Part shown: piece after piece, positions 47,498 through 57,831 of the stretch | Numbering within the stretch: the stretch's first letter is position 1 | Layout of the letters: each line of letters starts with the position of its first letter | Virus record (IMG/VR): IMGVR_UViG_3300013383_000020 | Coordinates: 32,001 to 96,000 of that record | Origin: a virus | Taxonomy: Duplodnaviria > Caudoviricetes | Direction: 5' to 3' (one strand) | Length of the DNA: 64,000 nucleotides | Position numbers and translations under genes: made by a program | Notes under the pieces: model-generated | Told to the model about the DNA's origin: nothing | Seen by the model: only the letters and a program-made list of their open reading frames with translations | Database searches by the model: none

Positions 47498-47744
47498 TAT
47501 GAAAATTAAGACCGAAGGAAACTGACATTTCTTGGTGCGATTTTAAAGGAGAATTGTAGAATGAGTGATATTTGTAAAGACAGAGAAGCTTTAAGACCTA
47601 AATATGAACAGTTTATTCAGACTGAGAGAGGTAAAGAGTGGAAACATTTTTGGCAGAGTCAAACAGGTTCAGAGAGAAGTGGAGATTTTGGAGATTATCT
47701 TTATGACTTTTATCCAGAAATGTTGCAGTAAGGAGAAAAAATAA

Positions 47745-47993
47745 ATGGCGAAAAAGAAAGGCTTTGGTGTAAGTCCAATAACAAATACAATCTATTATGG
47801 AACACAGGATACAGGGAAACATATGTGGGTTGGACAGAAAACGGATGTTACAGATGAGGTAATAGCTGCTGTATATGAATGGTTTATGGGCAATATGGAA
47901 GATTCAGAAGGCAAGAAGGAGGAATACCAGATTACATATCCTAATACAGAGTTTGAATTAGTGATGAGAAGAAAGAAAACAGAGAATATATAG
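47745..47993 (+). CDS. hypothetical protein
   Basis: AAGGAG SD. Confidence 0.7.
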   Translation: MAKKKGFGVSPITNTIYYGTQDTGKHMWVGQKTDVTDEVIAAVYEWFMGNMEDSEGKKEEYQITYPNTEFELVMRRKKTENI

Positions 47994-48332
47994 TTGGAGG
48001 TGATAATTATAGAATACAATTTTGAAGGAAAAGAAAATGCTATCACGGCAGAACATTTAAGAAATGGTGAAACTTGTAAAGTGGTTGGATTTGGTCAGTC
48101 TATGACACCAATACTTAAATCTGGTCAGCCAGTAATTTGTAAACCTGTAACAGAAGATACAGAGTTAAAGAAGAATGATATTGTACTCTGCAAGGTTAAG
48201 GGTAATTATTATTTACATAAAATTTCAGCAATTAAAAATGGTGTGAGTTACCAGATTTCAAACAATCATGGTCATGTCAATGGCACTATTACAAGAAGTA
48301 ATATCTTTGGTATTGTTGTTGAAATTCTTTAA
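47994..48332 (+). CDS. S24/S26 peptidase-like protein
   Basis: GQSMTPIL.SG...DIVL...LHKI; start probably ATA 48009. Confidence 0.65.
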   Translation: MEVIIIEYNFEGKENAITAEHLRNGETCKVVGFGQSMTPILKSGQPVICKPVTEDTELKKNDIVLCKVKGNYYLHKISAIKNGVSYQISNNHGHVNGTITRSNIFGIVVEIL

Positions 48333-48405
48333 GATTCATTCGAGTCACAATTTCCAATAAAAATGAAAATCGAATAGAGAATAAGTAAATGAAAGGAAAA
48401 ATTAT

Positions 48406-48687
48406 ATGAAATTATTTAAAACAGTAGACGACAAATTAGCAGAAATTGGATTTATTAATGTTAGAGAAGACAAGTATGGTGTAGTATACGAAAGAAAAGA
48501 TAACGAACACAATTTTACGCAATCTGTAACTATTTTACATAAAGCTTCTGGCAGACACCTTCTACAGTCTTATGATGCTGAACTGACAGATCAGAAAATG
48601 ATTGGCAATACTTGTGTTGGACTTACAGGATACGAGATGAAATTATTTCTTAAAAAGATGAAACAGATTGGTCTGTACAGTAAATAG
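48406..48687 (+). CDS. hypothetical protein
   Basis: AAGGA SD. Confidence 0.7.
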   Translation: MKLFKTVDDKLAEIGFINVREDKYGVVYERKDNEHNFTQSVTILHKASGRHLLQSYDAELTDQKMIGNTCVGLTGYEMKLFLKKMKQIGLYSK

Positions 48688-48933
48688 TGAGTGAGGAATT
48701 CACTGTTTCATGCGAAATTCGTAAATCTAATCTTGAACAATTCGTTCAAAAATCCCTAACAAATAAGAGAATAAATAAATGGTGGAAGAACAGCATACCA
48801 TTGAGCTTGTGCGCTCATAAACCACTGTTGAAGATAGATTTTTACATAAATTTATTTTCTGTGTTCCAGTCGCAAGACTGTTCAAATATAGTTATCAAAA
48901 AATTTTACATATTATAAGGAGGACATTTTTTAA

Positions 48934-50013
48934 ATGGCAGAGACAAAGAAAAAAGGAAGATTATTTGATTTACCTGAGACAAAGGGTGCGTTCCAGTTAA
49001 AGGGAGTTGTATCTGGTATGGAGAAGGATACAGCATTTAAGGAGATTAAGACCAAGAGTGGCAAGCCTATGAGAATGCTTAATTTTGGTACAAGTTATCT
49101 TGATGGTGAGACATTATATGTCAATCTTCAGGGAATGGAACAGGAGAATGTTTATTTCTCTAAGAGAGCTGAGAAGAAAGGCGAAAAGGCAGAAACTGTA
49201 AAAGTTCCTTGGGCTGACAGATTCTCTTATAATCGTGAAGGCTTCCGTATGATTGGTAAGAACATTGGAGTAAAAAAGAAGGTTGATTCTGAGGGTAAGA
49301 CAGTTAATGACAAGAAGATTCTTACAGACTTTGATGCTTGTAAGGAAGTTAAGGAGAATCTAAAAGATGGTGCAAGCGTATTTATTCGTGGAAACCTTGA
49401 TTATAGCAGTTTTACAGATGACAAGGGCAATAAGAGAACATCCACAAAACTTGTTCCAAATCAGATTTCACTTTGTTCAGAAGTGGATTTCAATGATGAG
49501 AAGTTTGAGAAGCAGAACGATTTCAACCAGGTAATTATTTTCATGGGCATCGAACAGGAAAAGGATGATAATGACAAACCAACAGGCAGATTCATTGTCC
49601 TTGCAAAGATTATTACATACAGCAATATTGAGGACGTTCAGTTTATCATTGAGGATAAGGCTCTCGCTAATAAGTTTAAGAAGTCGCTTAATCCTTACAA
49701 CGCAATTAAGGTAAGTGGACATATGGTTTCTTCTACTCAGACAGAGACAGTTACAACAGATGATGATGACAATTGGGGCGAAGAGGACAGCATGGAGAAA
49801 GTGTCTGCACCTACAAAGAGAGAATTCATCATTACAGGAGCAAAGGGTTCTTCAATCGACAAGGAGCTTTACACAGAAGAGAATGTGACAGAAGCTATTG
49901 CAAAGATTAAGAATGCAAATAAGGCAGAGGAGAGTTTCGGTTCTGACTCCAATGATGATTGGGGAAGTGCTGATGGTCTTGATGGATCAGACGAGGACGA
50001 GGCTTGGGATTAA
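48934..50013 (+). CDS. putative single-stranded DNA-binding protein (two OB folds, acidic tail)
   Basis: VFIRGNLDYSSF...; acidic ...DEDEAWD tail; first gene of replication cluster. Confidence 0.65.
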   Translation: MAETKKKGRLFDLPETKGAFQLKGVVSGMEKDTAFKEIKTKSGKPMRMLNFGTSYLDGETLYVNLQGMEQENVYFSKRAEKKGEKAETVKVPWADRFSYNREGFRMIGKNIGVKKKVDSEGKTVNDKKILTDFDACKEVKENLKDGASVFIRGNLDYSSFTDDKGNKRTSTKLVPNQISLCSEVDFNDEKFEKQNDFNQVIIFMGIEQEKDDNDKPTGRFIVLAKIITYSNIEDVQFIIEDKALANKFKKSLNPYNAIKVSGHMVSSTQTETVTTDDDDNWGEEDSMEKVSAPTKREFIITGAKGSSIDKELYTEENVTEAIAKIKNANKAEESFGSDSNDDWGSADGLDGSDEDEAWD

Positions 50014-50092
50014 TCCTTTAGCAACTAGAGAATAACTAAGTGGAACGTCAGAAATGGCGTTCCAATAAATCAGATATTAGGAGGAATTAAAT

Positions 50093-51256
50093 TTGAAGAC
50101 AAGAGCAGCAAACAAAATTCAGACAAAATTGGTTACATTATTATACGGTGCAACATTTAGTGGAAAAACAACACTTGGTTTACAGCTTGCAGATTTTAAG
50201 AGAAATGATGGAAAGCCATTTAGAGTTGCAGTTGTAGATGCAGAGGGTGGCGGCGTAGATGATGCAGTAGATGAGTTAGAAGATAGAGGTATTGATACAA
50301 GAAATATTCATATCTTCTATACACAGAGTCTTCAGGAACTTACTACAATTCTTGATAAAATTAAGAATCACGACACATTCTATGAGTTCGATGAGGATGG
50401 AAATGAGACAGATGAACCTATTGTAGATGCTGATGGAGAAGAGTTCTTCCCAGATGCAATTCTTATTGATGGTACAACAATTTTCCGTTTAACAAGTGAA
50501 CAGGGATTATTAGAGTTATCTAAAAAGAGAAATACAATCAAGGCAGATAAGGATGGTTTAGTTGGTGCTGAGAGATTTGTAAAGATTCAGGGTGCAGACC
50601 TTGAGTTTAAGGATTATAAGAAACTGAATTATTCTGGACAGAATCTTGTACTTGATTTAATGGCTATTGGTATTAATGTAGTTCTTACTGCAAGAGAGAA
50701 AGATGAAACAGTACAGAAGATGGACAAGAATGGTCAGCAGGTATCGGTTTCTACAGGAAGAAAGGTACATGATAGTTTCAAAGGACTTGATTATAATGTA
50801 AAGACTATTCTTCACATGTATCAAGATTCAGAGACAGGTCAGATTTGTGCAGAAGTTGTAAAGGATAGAACTAGAGTACATAAAGCTGGTGATATTCTTG
50901 AAGATCCAACTCTTCTCGATTGGCAGACAGTTATTGATAAGAATGTTGATAAGAAGGAGTTTGTATTAAAGAATGACTTAGATAAGGCTGTGGAAACAGA
51001 GCAGGAAATGTATGAGAAGGAAGCAATGGAACTTCATAAGTCATTAAAGGATGGTTCAACAACTACAAGTGAAACTACTTCAGACGATACAGACATTGAA
51101 GCAATCAAGAAAGAGATTATTGCCAAGAGAAATGCACTTCCACCTACAGAGAAGAAAGCTATGAAGGAAAAACTTGAAGCAGCAGGACTTCCTACAGCAT
51201 ACAAGAATGTAACTGATGTTGAGATTCTTAATAAAGTATTAGCAATGTTTGAGTAA
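50093..51256 (+). CDS. AAA_24/Sak4-like P-loop ATPase
   Basis: LLYGATFSGKTT Walker A, VDAEGG, ILIDG. Confidence 0.75.
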   Translation: MKTRAANKIQTKLVTLLYGATFSGKTTLGLQLADFKRNDGKPFRVAVVDAEGGGVDDAVDELEDRGIDTRNIHIFYTQSLQELTTILDKIKNHDTFYEFDEDGNETDEPIVDADGEEFFPDAILIDGTTIFRLTSEQGLLELSKKRNTIKADKDGLVGAERFVKIQGADLEFKDYKKLNYSGQNLVLDLMAIGINVVLTAREKDETVQKMDKNGQQVSVSTGRKVHDSFKGLDYNVKTILHMYQDSETGQICAEVVKDRTRVHKAGDILEDPTLLDWQTVIDKNVDKKEFVLKNDLDKAVETEQEMYEKEAMELHKSLKDGSTTTSETTSDDTDIEAIKKEIIAKRNALPPTEKKAMKEKLEAAGLPTAYKNVTDVEILNKVLAMFE

Positions 51257-51281
51257 ATTCTAGTTATGTAAAGGTAGGATT

Positions 51282-51974
51282 ATGGCAAGATACACAAGTA
51301 ATAACAAAAATGGTGTTAAAAGAAAATGTGGTTGTTGCGGAGAAAACCTTTATATAAACAAGAATAATATTGACGATGCAATCTACTATGATAAAAAAAC
51401 ATATCATAGTAGTTGCTTTATCAATATATGTCGGAAGCGTATTGCTAACAAAAGGGCAGACGTATCAGCAAAATGGACTTGGGTATATGACCACATTGAT
51501 TCTATAAAAAAAGATACATATTCGCATCTCGCAGTAGCAATAGAGCAAGATGAGATATTTGAGTTTATTAAAGAAGCATATGATTTGACGATTATCCCTA
51601 CTACTGTGTGGCAAAAGTTAGGTAACATTTACAATGGAACTTTTAAGGGAATGTCAGTAGGTATTCCACCTTCAGACTTACTTGATATGTGGCAAAGAAA
51701 AATAGATATGCTTAATGGTATTGCGAAAAAGAATGAAGTCAAAGGTATTCATATGCAGCCAGAACAACGACTTTCGTATGATTTATCCATTCTGGTTAAT
51801 AAATACGACAGTTATTTAAGGTGGAAAGAAAAACAAAAAATACTTGAAGCTGAGAAAGAAATAGAAAAATCACAGAATATTGTCAGTCAATCAATTGGTT
51901 ATACAAGTGTGTCCAAAGATAATAAGGCTGATACAGATGATATTTCAGACTTGGTGGATGATATTTTTGGATAG
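51282..51974 (+). CDS. hypothetical replication-associated zinc protein
   Basis: CGCC...YHSSCF; position before helicase. Confidence 0.7.
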   Translation: MARYTSNNKNGVKRKCGCCGENLYINKNNIDDAIYYDKKTYHSSCFINICRKRIANKRADVSAKWTWVYDHIDSIKKDTYSHLAVAIEQDEIFEFIKEAYDLTIIPTTVWQKLGNIYNGTFKGMSVGIPPSDLLDMWQRKIDMLNGIAKKNEVKGIHMQPEQRLSYDLSILVNKYDSYLRWKEKQKILEAEKEIEKSQNIVSQSIGYTSVSKDNKADTDDISDLVDDIFG

Positions 51975-51983
51975 GAGATAATA

Positions 51984-52748
51984 TTGGATAATTACACAGT
52001 TTACAAACATATAAGCCCATCTGGAAAACAATATATTGGAATTACAAAACAAGATGTGAAAAAAAGATGGGCAAATGGCGAAGGATATAGGAATTGTACA
52101 TATTTTTATAATGCCATTCAAAAATATGGATGGGATAATTTTGAACATATTATCTTATATACTCAATTATCCCGTGAGAGAGCTTGTGAAATTGAGAAAA
52201 AGCTTATAGAAGAGTTAGATTTGTTAAATCCAGAAAAAGGTTATAATTTGAAAACTGGTGGCAGATATGGAATTTTAACAGAGAAAAGTAAGAATAAAAT
52301 TAGCCAATCATTAATTGGCAATAGTCGTAGGGCAGGAATTCCGCACACACAAGAAACTATTGAACATTTCAAAGCAATAAGAACTGGTAAAAAAACTCAT
52401 GATTGGACAGATGAATCAAGAGAAAAAATGAGACAAAATAGGCTTGGAAAGAAAGCCTCAAAAGAAACAAAAAATTTATTGAGCGAAATGCGAAAGGGTG
52501 AAAGCAATTCATTTTATGGAAAGCATCACACCGATGAGAATAAGAAAAAATTTAGAGAAAATGGTATTAAAGATAAAGTTGTTCAATTAACAATGGATCA
52601 TGAATTTGTAAAAGAGTGGGATTGTGCAATTGACGCACAAAGAGAATTACATATTTACAATATAGGTAATGTATGCAATGGAAAACAAAAATCAGCAGGA
52701 CATTTTTTATGGATGTATAAGGGGGATTACGATGGAAGAAGAGCGTAG
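51984..52748 (+). CDS. free-standing GIY-YIG homing endonuclease with NUMOD3/NUMOD1 repeats
   Basis: YTVYKH.SPSGKQYIGIT...GYN; HTQET, FYGKHHT motifs. Confidence 0.85.
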   Translation: MDNYTVYKHISPSGKQYIGITKQDVKKRWANGEGYRNCTYFYNAIQKYGWDNFEHIILYTQLSRERACEIEKKLIEELDLLNPEKGYNLKTGGRYGILTEKSKNKISQSLIGNSRRAGIPHTQETIEHFKAIRTGKKTHDWTDESREKMRQNRLGKKASKETKNLLSEMRKGESNSFYGKHHTDENKKKFRENGIKDKVVQLTMDHEFVKEWDCAIDAQRELHIYNIGNVCNGKQKSAGHFLWMYKGDYDGRRA

Positions 52749-54285
52749 AATATCAGATACCAATGTGTCCGCAGAAATATGTTTTGTGGGAGCACTCGTG
52801 AAACAGCCTGATTTGATTGTTAATTATAGCAACTTTATGAGAAGTAAATATGACTTCTCTGATCCTGCAACAAAGTTCTTCTATGATAGTTTTGAAACAT
52901 ATTACTTAACATTTTCTCAAACAGTAGATGAAACAAAAATGAATGTGTTTATGAGTCAGAATGAAGAACGACTCAAGCTATATAAACAATATAAGGGTTG
53001 GAAAACACTTCAAAGATATATGACCTTGGCAGATGAAAATGATGTGAAAAATTATTTTGATACTGTTAAGAAGTATTCATTAGTTAGAGAGTATGGAAGA
53101 AATGGATTTCCAGTTGAGAGAATATTATCTCATAGGAACTTTGATAAAATGTCACCGAATGACATTTATAGGATTATTCGTACAAAAGCGGATAAGATAA
53201 ACACAGTAATTAATGCTGGTGAAGAAGCAGTTGAGCTTACTGATAAAAACTCATCTCAAATCGACAAATATCTTGAAAAGCCAAATTTCGGCTTACCTTT
53301 CCCCTGGTATATGTATAACGAATTTTTTCTTGGTCTTAGAGAGACAAAGGTTCTCTTTGAAGGATTCCTTTCTAATGAGGGCAAAACAAGAAAACTTGTA
53401 CTTTTAGCAGCTTATGTAGCACTTGTGCAAAATGAGAATTTTTTTCTTATGAGTAATGAGATGGATGAAGAAGACCTTCGTAGCTGTCTTATTACAACTG
53501 TTATTAATAATAAAGAGTTTCAAGAGTTGCATGGCGTACATATTACAAAGCCTGAGAAAGAGATTGTATTAGGTGTTTACCATGATAAAAATGGTGACAT
53601 TATCAGAAGAAAAATTGATGATAATGGTGTTTATCTTGAAAGTAATGAAGATTACATAAAGAGAATAAAAGATACGTCAGAGGAATATTGGAACGTAAAA
53701 AAAGTTACAGATTGGATTGATAATAGTGATCGTAAGGGCAAAGTTATGTTCAAAGATGTTGGAGATGATTATAGCCCTGAAAGAATTGAATTTGAATTGC
53801 GTAAAGCAAAGATGGTTCAGAATATTAAATATTATGGTTATGACACGTTAAAAGGTTATAACACTGATGATTGGTCACAGATTAAACAGTTTGCAACTAA
53901 ATTGAAAGAATTGACAAAAGAACTTCGTATGAGTGGATATGCAGTATTCCAGTTAAGTGATGATACGGTATTTACGGATATTTTTAGTTTGAGCAGTAAT
54001 AACATTGCCAATGCAAAACAGATAAAGCATGTAGCCGATATCTTGAACATTGGTAAAAAGTTAAATAAGGAAGAATACCATAAATATCAAGTTGTTTTAG
54101 AATGTGATTCTTGGGGCGAGCCAGTGACGGAAGATTTGGATTTAAGTAAACAATATTTTTGTATTAAGCCAGATAAAAACAGAGCAGGTAGTAAGGACAA
54201 GATTATGTTATTTGAGATTGATTTGAACTTAAATATTTGGAGAAATATAGGTTATATCATTAAAAAACCAAAAAATAGTGACTAA
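52732..54285 (+). CDS. replicative DNA helicase, DnaB-like
   Basis: SNEGKTR Walker A-like, SNEM, VFQL, KNRAG. Confidence 0.8.
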   Translation: MEEERRISDTNVSAEICFVGALVKQPDLIVNYSNFMRSKYDFSDPATKFFYDSFETYYLTFSQTVDETKMNVFMSQNEERLKLYKQYKGWKTLQRYMTLADENDVKNYFDTVKKYSLVREYGRNGFPVERILSHRNFDKMSPNDIYRIIRTKADKINTVINAGEEAVELTDKNSSQIDKYLEKPNFGLPFPWYMYNEFFLGLRETKVLFEGFLSNEGKTRKLVLLAAYVALVQNENFFLMSNEMDEEDLRSCLITTVINNKEFQELHGVHITKPEKEIVLGVYHDKNGDIIRRKIDDNGVYLESNEDYIKRIKDTSEEYWNVKKVTDWIDNSDRKGKVMFKDVGDDYSPERIEFELRKAKMVQNIKYYGYDTLKGYNTDDWSQIKQFATKLKELTKELRMSGYAVFQLSDDTVFTDIFSLSSNNIANAKQIKHVADILNIGKKLNKEEYHKYQVVLECDSWGEPVTEDLDLSKQYFCIKPDKNRAGSKDKIMLFEIDLNLNIWRNIGYIIKKPKNSD

Positions 54286-54300
54286 TTGGAGGGTGGCAGC

Positions 54301-55326
54301 TTGGATGTAAAAGAGTTGAAGAATTATATATATGAAAATAATTATTGTGAACAGATATTAGAATCCGTTGGTTGCCACCATATCAAATATCATTCAGTTG
54401 GATCATATTGGACTGCTGGTAATCCTGATGGAGATAATAAGGGAGCAATTATTCTATATAATAATGAGTCCCTTATCTGCTTAAATAAAACTCGACAAAT
54501 GATAAAAGGAAATAGACAAACAGATATTATTGATCTTGTATGTTATGTCAAAGACCTTACATTTCCAGAAGGATTAAAAGAAATATGCTCAGAGATAGGA
54601 ATGTCTTATTATCACGACTTTGAAGAGGATATTCCAGATAGTTTTAAAATACTGAAAATGTTAGAAGATATGGATTCTAATATATCAGAAGAAAAAGAAA
54701 AGCCATTACAACCTATTTCGGAGAAAATACTTTCGTATTACAAACCTTATGTAAATGATTTATTCTACGAAGACCATATAAATTATGAAACACAAAGAGA
54801 GTTTGAGATAGGTTTTGATGAAGAAACAAACCGATACACAATTCCTATTCGTTCTGAATTAGGAGATTTAGTCGGTGTAAAAGCAAGATATTTTGATAGA
54901 AAAGTACCTGATGGAATGAATAAATATATTTACTTAGAACCATGTGCAAAATCAAAAATCATATATGGATTGTATAAAACTCTTCCTTATATAAAGAGAA
55001 CAGGAAGAATATATGTTGCAGAATCTGAAAAAGCAGTACAACAAGCATGGAATTATGGTTATCAAAATGTTGGTGGTACAGGTGGGAAGGAACTTTCACA
55101 ATATCAAATTGATATGTTAGTTAGACTTGGTACAGATATAATCTTATGTTTAGACAAAGATGTAAAAAAAGAAGAATTAGAGGAACTAGCAGAAAGATTT
55201 CCTGATGGTGTTCCACTCTATTATATGTTTGACGAAGATAATATTCTTGATGAAAAAGAATCCCCAACAGACGATCCTATTAAATGGAAACACTTGGTAG
55301 AGAATAATATATATAGATTAAGATAG
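54301..55326 (+). CDS. DNA primase (TOPRIM)
   Basis: TIPIR..LG..VG.KAR, KY.Y, LYGL, VAESEK, LCLDKD. Confidence 0.85.
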   Translation: MDVKELKNYIYENNYCEQILESVGCHHIKYHSVGSYWTAGNPDGDNKGAIILYNNESLICLNKTRQMIKGNRQTDIIDLVCYVKDLTFPEGLKEICSEIGMSYYHDFEEDIPDSFKILKMLEDMDSNISEEKEKPLQPISEKILSYYKPYVNDLFYEDHINYETQREFEIGFDEETNRYTIPIRSELGDLVGVKARYFDRKVPDGMNKYIYLEPCAKSKIIYGLYKTLPYIKRTGRIYVAESEKAVQQAWNYGYQNVGGTGGKELSQYQIDMLVRLGTDIILCLDKDVKKEELEELAERFPDGVPLYYMFDEDNILDEKESPTDDPIKWKHLVENNIYRLR

Positions 55327-55332
55327 GAAGGT

Positions 55333-57108
55333 GTGTATTTGAAGTACAGATTATATGAAAATAGCGACAATAACACTTCCAATGTATTAGAGGAAGTTTT
55401 AAGAAATAGAGGAGTTGATGATTATGAAAAATATCTCAACTTAGATGAGAGTGTTTTGATTCCATACGAAAATTTGGATAACATACATGAAGCAGTAGAG
55501 TTATTTATGAAACACTTTAATAATAAGGATAAAATAGAAATATTAGTAGATTCTGATCCAGATGGTTTTTGTTCAGCAGCTATGATGTATTCTTATATTA
55601 AGAAAATGGATAGTGATTATCCAGTTAATTACATATTACATGCAAGAGCAAAAGCACATGGATTAGATGATGATATTGTAATATCTGATGATACAAAATT
55701 ATTGGTTATTCCTGATGCTGGCACAAACGACACAGAACAGTGTGAGGAACTTTCGGGAAAGGGCATTGATATACTTATTCTTGATCACCATGAGTCAGAA
55801 GAAGAAAATCCATATGCACTAATTGTAAATAATCAAATGAGTGACAATTATCCTAACAAAGATTTCTGTGGTGCAGGTGTTGTGTATAAGTTTTTACAAG
55901 CGTTAGATACAGAAACATGGAATGAGTTTGCAGATGACTATTTAGATTTATGTGCATTAGCAAATATTAGTGATGTTATGGATATGCGTTCATTTGAGAC
56001 AAGATATATTACAAACCTTGGATTACTCAATATTACAAATAAATGTTTTCAGGCTTTTATTAAAGCGCAAGATTATAGTATGAATGGTAAAGTTAATATA
56101 CATAATATCCAATGGTATGTAACACCCGTGATTAATGCGTGTATCCGTATCGGCTCAAGTGATGAAAAGGAGTTATTATTCAGAGCTTTTATTGAAAAAG
56201 ATGAGTTCTTTGAATATAAAAAAAGAGCCACAAAGGATAAACCAGCAGAAATAATTCAGGAAAGCATTTATGATAGAGCTGCTAGACTTTGTAAAAATGC
56301 AAAATCACGACAAGATAAAATGAAAGAAAAAGGTGTAAAAGCCATTTCAGAAGTCGTAGATGAACTTCCAATTGATGACAAGGTTATTATGGTTGATGTA
56401 TCTGAATTACTTGATAGTGGATTAACTGGTGTTGTAGCGATTAAAATTGCAGAGCAATATAATAAACCTTGTATTCTGCTAAAGAAACACTTTGATAAAA
56501 AGACAAAAACAACTGTATTTGGCGGTAGTGCAAGAAATATTGATAATAGTCCAATTGATAGTTTTAAAGATATTGTTAATTCAACAGGATTTGTTAATGG
56601 TAAAGGTCATGCAAATGCCTTTGGTATTGTAGATTTACCAGTTGATAATAAAGAAAAAGCAATCAATATGATGAACAGTATTCTTAGAGATACTGAATAT
56701 GATTCTACATATCGTGTGGATTTTATCTTAGACATTAATCATGTCACAATCCCTTTAATTATTAAGTTATCACAGTTTGAAGATATTATTTGTCAAGGAA
56801 TTGATGAACCTATGCTTGCAATAGAGAATATATCATTGACAAGAGATTGCTTTGAAGTATTTGGAAAAAATGAAGATACTATCAGTTTTATGGTGAATGA
56901 TATTAAATACATTCAGTTCAAATGTAAAGAAGGTAATCAATTATATGATTTTCTTCAAAACGCATGGGATGATAACGATAGTATTACATTTAATATTGTC
57001 GGAAAACCTTCAATAAACGAATATAACGGCATTAGAACACCACAGATTATTATCGAAGATGTAGCTGTTATCAGTACAAATAGTAACGATGAGGACGATG
57101 ATTGGTAG
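55333..57108 (+). CDS. recJ: RecJ-like DHH exonuclease
   Basis: DSDPDG, HGL, ILDHH, CGAGV, GSAR, GHANAFG. Confidence 0.9.
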   Translation: MYLKYRLYENSDNNTSNVLEEVLRNRGVDDYEKYLNLDESVLIPYENLDNIHEAVELFMKHFNNKDKIEILVDSDPDGFCSAAMMYSYIKKMDSDYPVNYILHARAKAHGLDDDIVISDDTKLLVIPDAGTNDTEQCEELSGKGIDILILDHHESEEENPYALIVNNQMSDNYPNKDFCGAGVVYKFLQALDTETWNEFADDYLDLCALANISDVMDMRSFETRYITNLGLLNITNKCFQAFIKAQDYSMNGKVNIHNIQWYVTPVINACIRIGSSDEKELLFRAFIEKDEFFEYKKRATKDKPAEIIQESIYDRAARLCKNAKSRQDKMKEKGVKAISEVVDELPIDDKVIMVDVSELLDSGLTGVVAIKIAEQYNKPCILLKKHFDKKTKTTVFGGSARNIDNSPIDSFKDIVNSTGFVNGKGHANAFGIVDLPVDNKEKAINMMNSILRDTEYDSTYRVDFILDINHVTIPLIIKLSQFEDIICQGIDEPMLAIENISLTRDCFEVFGKNEDTISFMVNDIKYIQFKCKEGNQLYDFLQNAWDDNDSITFNIVGKPSINEYNGIRTPQIIIEDVAVISTNSNDEDDDW

Positions 57109-57111
57109 GAG

Positions 57112-57831
57112 GTGATACTAATCGGCAGATTAATTGACCTAACTGGAAAACGATTTGGCAGACTTTTAGTATTGAGAAGAAATGGCACAGCAAAAGATGG
57201 AACACCATTATGGGAATGCCAATGTGAATGTGGAAATATAAGAGATATAAGAGGTACTTCATTACGAAGTGGTTCTACATTATCTTGTGGTTGTTTGCAT
57301 AGTGAAATTATATCTAAAAGAGTTAAAAAATACAATGAGTATAATTTGTTAGGAGAATATGGTATTGGGTGGACTTCAAATACGAATAAAGAATTTTATT
57401 TTGATTTAGAAGATTATGATCAGATAAAAAATCATTGTTGGTTTGAAAATGATCAAGGTTATATTTGTACTCGACTATACGGTGAAGATAAAAGGGGTAA
57501 AAATATTAGATTACATCAACTGATTACGGGATTTAATTATGAACTTATCGACCATATAAATACTAATAAAAAAGATAATAGAAAATTTAATTTAAGACCA
57601 AGTGACAAACAGACAAATAATATTAATCGTGATGCTAACTGCAATAATAAGCTTGGTATTAAAGGAGTATTAAAAAAGAAAAACGGTTCATATATGGCTA
57701 GAATTGAACGCAATGGAAAAATATATTCTAAAACGAACAAGAGCCTAGATGTTGTTGTTAATTGGAGACATGAAAAAGAAAAAGAGTTATATGGAGAATT
57801 TGCATACAAATATTATAAGGAGGTTCGGTAA
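57112..57831 (+). CDS. HNH homing endonuclease with AP2-like C-terminus
   Basis: DLTGKRFGRL, CQCECG, SCGC, RLH...DHIN.NKKDNRK.NLR, YGEFA. Confidence 0.85.
   Translation: MILIGRLIDLTGKRFGRLLVLRRNGTAKDGTPLWECQCECGNIRDIRGTSLRSGSTLSCGCLHSEIISKRVKKYNEYNLLGEYGIGWTSNTNKEFYFDLEDYDQIKNHCWFENDQGYICTRLYGEDKRGKNIRLHQLITGFNYELIDHINTNKKDNRKFNLRPSDKQTNNINRDANCNNKLGIKGVLKKKNGSYMARIERNGKIYSKTNKSLDVVVNWRHEKEKELYGEFAYKYYKEVR

Noticed and set aside
48319-48342. Further cassette site after the S24-like gene
   Set aside because: Only the right arm (TTCATTCG) matches; the left arm is out of register.
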